This document shows positions 57,470-64,000 of a stretch of 64,000 nucleotides of DNA, piece by piece (positions within the stretch are counted from its first letter, which is position 1; each line of letters starts with the position of its first letter). The DNA comes from Pelagomonas calceolata (taxonomy: Eukaryota): NCBI GenBank assembly GCA_918797485.1, contig CAKKNE010000006.1:1674001-1738000 (forward strand), read 5' to 3'. Below the pieces are notes generated by a model, which had not been told where the DNA came from, made no database searches, and saw only the letters and a list, made by a program, of their open reading frames with translations. A program made the translations under genes and the position numbers.

Positions 57470-59873
57470 ATGATGAGAGGTAAGCTGTCAAACATGGGCG
57501 ACGGAGCTGGGTATATTCAAAGCGATGAGTTGGCTGTCTTTTGGACACGTGGTGCGGAACTGACAGCGCGTATGGGTCTTCTGATGCACCAACTCCAGCG
57601 CGAGCGTGGGTTGATGACGCTGCATGTTGCTGACGCATCATGGGGCGCACAGTGTGCTCAGCGCCAGGATCATACACGCTACGATGATTGTGCAAATTAG
57701 GTCTCTGGCAAAGCAGCATGCAGTGTCCACAGCAGCGTGGGAAGAGACAGTAGCGTGGTTGCAATCATTTCGGACTAGTGTCCCAGAGGTCAAGTTAGCT
57801 CTGGGTCACGCTTCACGTCCGTTTGGCGAGCAAGTGGGACAAGCATCTGGTGAGCATTCAAACCCATTGTCGCAGAGGAGCTGTACATCACGTTTTGACT
57901 CCGCAGAAGCGGCATGGGCCAGAGCCATGATTGAAGTGGAGATGAAATTTGCCATGATGAAAAAAGATATAGACTCCATTCGACAAGTTGTCTTGGGAGG
58001 CCATGTAGACCAGCGGCGATATGCTGATGTAGCACGCAGCTATTCCGTAGTCCTGCGACGATTATTGGAGCTCCATGGCGCTGTTGTTCTGCCTCGTAGC
58101 AATAGTAAATTGCTAAGTTTTGTTCACATGCTTTTGCGTCTGAAGGAATATGCAGGTCTTCAGCGTGCACTGACCGCCGGGATGCTAGGTTTTAGGCTGG
58201 CAACAATCCCGCATTCTGAGACAGTAAGGTATGATTCAGATAGACCCACGTGCTCTATTGGTGAAGGCTGTCCTCAGTCATCGAGCTTAGAGCTGCTTCC
58301 AGGACGAGATGAGCTTCGGGCTGCCATTGCTATATTTTCAGAGCTCAAGGATAACTGCAGCGCCATCCGCTGCATGTTTTTCCCCGAGGATGAGCACACA
58401 GAGGCTCTAAGCCGCCTTGCACGCCACGTGAGAGAAATACTAAATGCACGGAATTTTGAGGCAGCAACTCGTGCTCCCGACGACATCGTAAGTCTCCACT
58501 GCGCCTTGCTCGGGAATACATGGGCCATAAGTCCATGGGGAAATGAGGGCAATAGGAGAGCGCACATTGACTATTTACCTGCTGCCCTTGGCCAAAGTGG
58601 TTGTGTGTTGAACCAAGCTAATGCCGTGCATCTTGACCCAGCGAGCCTTTGGCAGCTCATGACAGATTGGATTGACAAGCTTCAGGTTGTAGAAATTGCG
58701 GCGCTGCATCATGTTCTTCCTCCCGACATCTACGAAATTCTTTACGCGTCCCAGCTCCGTTCCCACGGAAAACCAACATGGACGAGACGTGGCATGTCCC
58801 CTGAGGAAAATAGTGAAACCGAGAGAGATATCAAAATTGAAACAAATACGCAAAATTTGACAGCAGAACAGTGCAATCACATGTTGCTAGTACCCCGCTC
58901 ATCTTCGCATTATTCTGCGTTCTCTCCTCTTCCCCGAGAGCACAATATTAGCGCAACTCGAACATGGGCGGGAATGGATGCGCAGCAGGGGCTTATCCAG
59001 GTCAGTGTGCATGATATCACCTTTGGTCAAGTTCTAGGAAGTGGTTCAACTGGTTCCACTCATCTTGCACTCTGGCGTGGCCAGCATGTGGCCATCAAGC
59101 TTGTACTGGCGAGACAAATGCCCAATGGCGTACCATCGCAGGCAGCCCAGCAACTCGTACGCGAAATATCGACTCTTGCAACACTCCGTCACCCTAATTG
59201 TGTACGCATCCTTGGAATTGCACGTGCCCCGCCTGTCTCTTGCGGTATCCTACTCGAGTTCCTCGCTGGCGGTAGTGTTGCGCAACACTTGCGCTTAGAC
59301 GCACGGGTTGGTGAAAATCCCGATATGACGGGCCCACCATTCAAAACTAGATTGGGCATCATGCTTGATGTCAGTCGAGGCATGGCGTATATACATGCCA
59401 TGGGCCATCTGCATAGGGATCTCAAACCAGACAACATCCTTCTTGATGCGGAGGGCGCGGCAAAAATCTCAGACTTCGGCCTCTCATGCCTCCACACGTC
59501 AAAAACATTGAGCGATGAACACACAGGAGGAACCGGCACCCTCCGATGGATGGCGCCAGAGGTCGCTCAACATAGGCCTTATGCATATCCGGCAGATGTA
59601 TTTTCCTTTGCCATTTGTGCTTGGCAGCTTGCCCTCTGGGAGCCGAGGCCTTTCTCAAAATTCTCACCAGCTGAAGCAATTGCGAGGACAATTGCTGGAG
59701 GTCGTCCTTCGCTTGATCTTCTCCGACAGAAGGACCTACCGCTCGCCCAGTTGATTCAGCGATGCTGGTCTGTTGCACCTTTAGAACGTTGCACCTTTGG
59801 ATTGATTGTTGCTACCCTCGAAGCCATTAGTGCACCGCGATCTGTTTGCTCAGAGTGCTCCCCGCAAGTTTGA
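57470..59873 (+). CDS. NIT (nitrate/nitrite-sensing)-like domain fused to a TKL-type Ser/Thr kinase; intron 57652-57700
   Basis: LMHQLQRERGL and LLRLKEYAGLQRA (NIT-like helices); kinase motifs GSGSTG, VAIK, HRDLKPDN, DFG, GTLRWMAPE and DVFSF. Confidence 0.8.
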
Positions 59874-59997
59874 GCAGTGGCATGCAGTTTACTTAGGCGT
59901 ACAGAGTTTGGGTTCAGATTCTAATAATTTTTTTATTTTAGTTTATATGAGTATCATCTGAGTATCGTATCATTGTTTGTTTGGTGTACTAGTAAGC

Positions 59998-62900
59998 ATG
60001 CTGACAAATGCTCCGGACTCTGCCTCGACAGCCGATAAGAGTGGATTTTTGCAGGTGGTCAACAGGATCTGTTTCGATGAAAAAGATCAAAACAAGAATC
60101 AGAAACATGGCTTTCGGGAGTCCGAAAATGAACGAGAGCAAAATGCACATACCGTCCGAAAATACTGCACGACCTCAACAGTGTCACCTGATATTACTCA
60201 TGCAACCGAATGCCTCATTACATTTGCATCCACGCATGATATAGCAGTGTGTGCACATGGGGTTTCTCTGAGACTTCTCTGCCTAGGCGGCTGTTACGTT
60301 CTCCAATATGCTCTCCCCAATTGGGGTTCCAAGACAGGAAACTAGACCGGGCATGCGACATGCTTTACGAGATTTGTAGTGCGCAGGGATATAAAAACAT
60401 GGTCAAGTCGGTGCCGCATGCTGTGCGGGATCTGCATGCAGTTTATGTTACACTTATAAGTTTAGATGGGTCGCCGCAGACTAAAAGATGGCGAACGCAC
60501 TATTTGCTTCTTCTGTGGCTGGGTGTGCTCTTGCTAAACCCTTTTGACATGAACTCTTTAGTTGACGACGGCACAACGCTGGTTGCCGGAATTGTCCAAT
60601 GCTGTACTGAAGCTCTCAACGAACCAGGTCCATCTCGCCAAGCAGCTGCATTCTGCATTTCGACGACTTTAACTCGGCAGGATGTATCGATCCACTTTAT
60701 GGTTGACTTGGTTCATCAGATATCTAGTCTGCTTGCAGATCTTGGCAGCTTGGAAAGCCAAGCCCCCTTTGCTGCGATGGGCGCTGTTCAGGCACTAGCC
60801 GCAATATATAAGCGTGGCGACAGAACTCTGCTTCAGAAGCTCGCCGACAGAGTCTTTGAAGCTGTTCGACCCTGCCTTTTGGATGCCAAATACGGTACGA
60901 TTCGAATTCTGAAACACTTCGTTATCAAGCTGGTCGCACGCCTTGGCATTGCCGTGCTTAAACCACGAAATGCTTCTTGGTGCTACACCCGAGGAAAAAG
61001 GACTTTGATGATGGATGGCTTTGAAAGCTGCTATGAAGTCTCAGATGCTGATGAGGAGACTGGGCAAAGGGCAAGTGTCGGGGTCGAAGATGAGAGATTC
61101 AAGCACATAGTAGAATCAGCTGTGGGTGTGCTCCTACAAGCCACATGCGACTCTGAGACAAAAATTAGGTGGTCTGCTGCGAAGGGGATTGCACGAATAG
61201 CATCTAGACTTCCACGTGGCCTGGCGGATGATATTGTCAAAAATATTTTGTCAATATTCACGGATCCTGGGTCCCATCATAATGATAATGCGTGGCATGG
61301 ATCTTGCCTCGCCCTCGCAGAGCTCGGTCGTCTTGGCATCCTGTTGCCTAAGCGCCTTCCAGAATCGCTTTCTGCCCTTGAAGTTGCCTTAAGATATGAG
61401 GTAAGACATGGGAGCCGTTCTGTTGGGGCCAACGTGCGAGACGCTGCTTGCTACGTAGCTTGGGCCTTCGCACGAGCATATCCTCCCTGTGTGCTCGGTC
61501 TCTATCTACCCGCTCTAATCGAAAAAATTCTAATGACAGCGGTCTTTGATCGAGAGGTCCATGTACGAAGAGCTGCCGGAGCGGCCCTACAAGAAAACAT
61601 TGGTAGACAGGGAATTCAGGCTTTTGGTTCCATTGGCATCAAACTGACACAGACTTTGAGCTTTTCTGCCCTTGGTTCATGTGAGCGTGCGTATATTGAA
61701 ATGACCCCTGTAATCGCCAAAATGGGCTACTGGGAAGCAGCCTTTGCAAAGCTGCTCAGAGAACTCGTTGGGCATTGGGATACTCGAATCCGCATTCTCT
61801 CGGCCAAATCCCTCTATGCTCTCGTGAACATTGTCAATGATCGATCCCTGCTGCAGGATATTGCACGTAGAGCCAGCTTGGTTCTGGCTCCTCTTGCGAG
61901 TGGAAGCAGGGACCTGGCCTTCCGCCACGGCGCTCTTCTTGCTCTTGCACATGTAATGCGTGCCCTTCGCACTTTTGATGATAATTATCTTTCCGCACAG
62001 CTGAGTACTGTAGTCCCTAGTCTCGAATCATCACGCCTTTACCGAGGCAGAGACGGTGATTTAGTGCGAATCGCTGCCTGCAGCTTCATTGCGGCCCTGG
62101 CTTCGTGCTCTTGCCCACTAAATGCCCCGACTCAATTGAGGCTGTTGGGTTCCTTAGATGATTCAAGTGGTCACGCCCTTGAGACTGTGCGCGCCGCTGC
62201 AGCTACAGCAGTGCGCGTACTCTCAATGAGCTATTTTGGAGTGGTTGCGTACACAAACGGCGCTTTTAATGAGCCAGATGAAGTGCTATTATCTCAGACC
62301 GTATTCAAGTATCTGGACATTGTGCGCAAAGGGACAACCGCGAGCCTCGCCAGAGGCTCGTGTAACTGCCTCGGCGCCTTGCCTGCATGGCTTGTTGTCA
62401 GGGATAAATCAACACTTGATGTAGTATTTGAGACCTTAATTGTTCGTGCATGGCGCTTCAACATGGTTGCTGGCGAAAAGGATGCTGAAACAAGGCGCGG
62501 TGCTTTAGTTGCACTCAAGGAAATAGTCACCATCATCGATTCAAGACATCTGATACGGAAGCGAGCCTTGAAGCTCCATGCTTCATTTGTGCACAATGCT
62601 GCCCGAGACTTTGGCCTTGATAAGCGTGGTGACGTTGGGTCCTGGTGTCGTATTTGCGGACTTAAAGCCGCTGTGTCTCTAGCTTCAGTTATAAATCCGC
62701 AGTGCAATCTTACGTCCACCTCTTGCAAATCCCGTATTGTACCTTGTCTTCTCACGCGAGCTGCAAGAATCACTGCCGATTGTGGCTGTGTCAATTTTGT
62801 ACTAGCCAGGCCATTCCTGCACGTCGACTCAATTTTCAGTTGGGGGGCAAGGGAGTCACAGGAGCTTTGCTGCTCTCTACTACGGCATCTTAGCGAGAAG

Positions 62901-63866
62901 CTTGACACCGTTCGGAAAATTTCCTTGCAGTTACTGCCAATGCTTTTTAAACGCGCCCCCGCTGTCCCAATGCGAAATGAGATTGAAGTCAGGCTGTTTG
63001 CTAATGGAAAAAGTACTGAGCTTCCAAGCCGTCTATGCACGTGTCTTCAGCTTAAGGGGGCCTATCATAGTGCGATTCTCTCTGGTTTGATTCAGTCCGC
63101 TGGCTCCAGAGACTCAAAGATGGGTAGCCTGTTTAGACATGCTTTAGTTCACCATGCAATGACAGAGGCCAAGACTCAAGATAATTCAGATACATCTTAC
63201 CTTGCCCGGTCGTTTGTCCTCAAGACACGTACTCTTGGTTCCAGGGTATCGAAGGCACCCTCTGTCGAAGAGAGAAGCAGAATGCATCTACCTCTTCTTA
63301 GATGCCTAACTGCCCTGATTGAGGCAGGGGCTCTCAATCCGATTTTCCAAACCGCGAGTCGTGTGCACAGTGATCCAAATGCTCTTGGGCTTGATCTGGT
63401 GATTTCGCTAACCTTGTTGGCTTCATATCAACATTCGAGTGATGTTAAAAAAATCTGTGCTGCAGTGGATGCTCTCCTGGCCTATCTTTCTGCCGCGGCA
63501 GTGTCTGCTCCGGTACTTGCACACCGTTCTCTTGCCACGCTTCTCCAATGTCTGCATTCCCCATACCCGCGCACCCGTGCTTACATTGCAGAACAACTAT
63601 ATGCTAGGCTAGTTGAACTCTCCATGGTCCGTGATTGCTTTGTGGGTATGGGACCACTGTCTGCTGCCCAAGAGCTGCTTTGTGATATCAACTGGGGTGC
63701 TGAAGTAAATATGAAATTCTTCGATGATGTGATCTTCCGATTGTGCCATATCCTTATGATCGAAAAAGGCCACATTCAGTCACAAGAGGCGCCGCCCAAA
63801 GTCAATCACCCGGAATGTGACGAACTAGAGTCATATGCATACTTGGTTAGAGTGGCTGGTTATTAG
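59998..63866 (+). CDS. TBCD: Tubulin-specific chaperone D (5' exons approximate; long final exon to 63866)
   Basis: GYKNMVKSVPH, RWSAAKGIAR, WHGSCLALAELGR, GANVRDAACYVAWAFARAY, FDREVHVRRAA..ALQENIGRQG, DKRGDVGSW and C-terminal SYAYLVRVAGY. Confidence 0.95.
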
Positions 63867-64000
63867 TCAATCTTCGTGCAGTAGCATCAATTACGAATGG
63901 GGGGGGAGCCAGATTTGACGGTTCACATCGCAAGCCTGATCGCAGTCTGCAAGTCTGGAAGTTTCTAGGTTAAGATTACTTACGCCTGTTCCCACCTTAT

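Overview
Eukaryotic nuclear DNA from a compact, very GC-rich stramenopile alga, most consistent with a pelagophyte (Aureococcus/Pelagomonas-like); this is inferred from gene content, plastid-type signal peptides and CTGTGTGGAAATCAA-type introner elements. Bases 1 to ~43,070 are GC-rich and gene-dense: TauD-like dioxygenase, TALE homeobox, YqgF, FERM-like/hydrolase, PDK, sulfotransferase, LSm2, ferlin, Eco1, HCF101, UbiG/COQ3, PP2C, UbiA, WDR82 and others. Five of the six introns I could resolve there are transposon-derived introners with terminal inverted repeats and 8-bp target-site duplications; one carries an internal coding-like cargo. The intergenic spacers are mosaics of 5'-truncated retrotransposon 3' ends and short dispersed repeats. 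From ~43.1 kb the composition drops abruptly to roughly 50% GC (by eye). This compartment holds conserved genes (RPL13A, SRP68, CEP131-like, MCM3, a NIT-domain kinase, TBCD) with tiny conventional introns and resembles a centromeric or low-recombination region. The most striking gene is a Tudor-like domain fused to a phage-type 5-hydroxymethyluracil-DNA kinase (aGPT-Pplase1) homologue at 30158-31657. A decayed 2OG-Fe(II)/TET-JBP-like fragment sits at the GC boundary. Together they hint at an uncharacterised eukaryotic DNA base-hypermodification or reading system. All family calls come from motif recognition by eye; no database searches were run.
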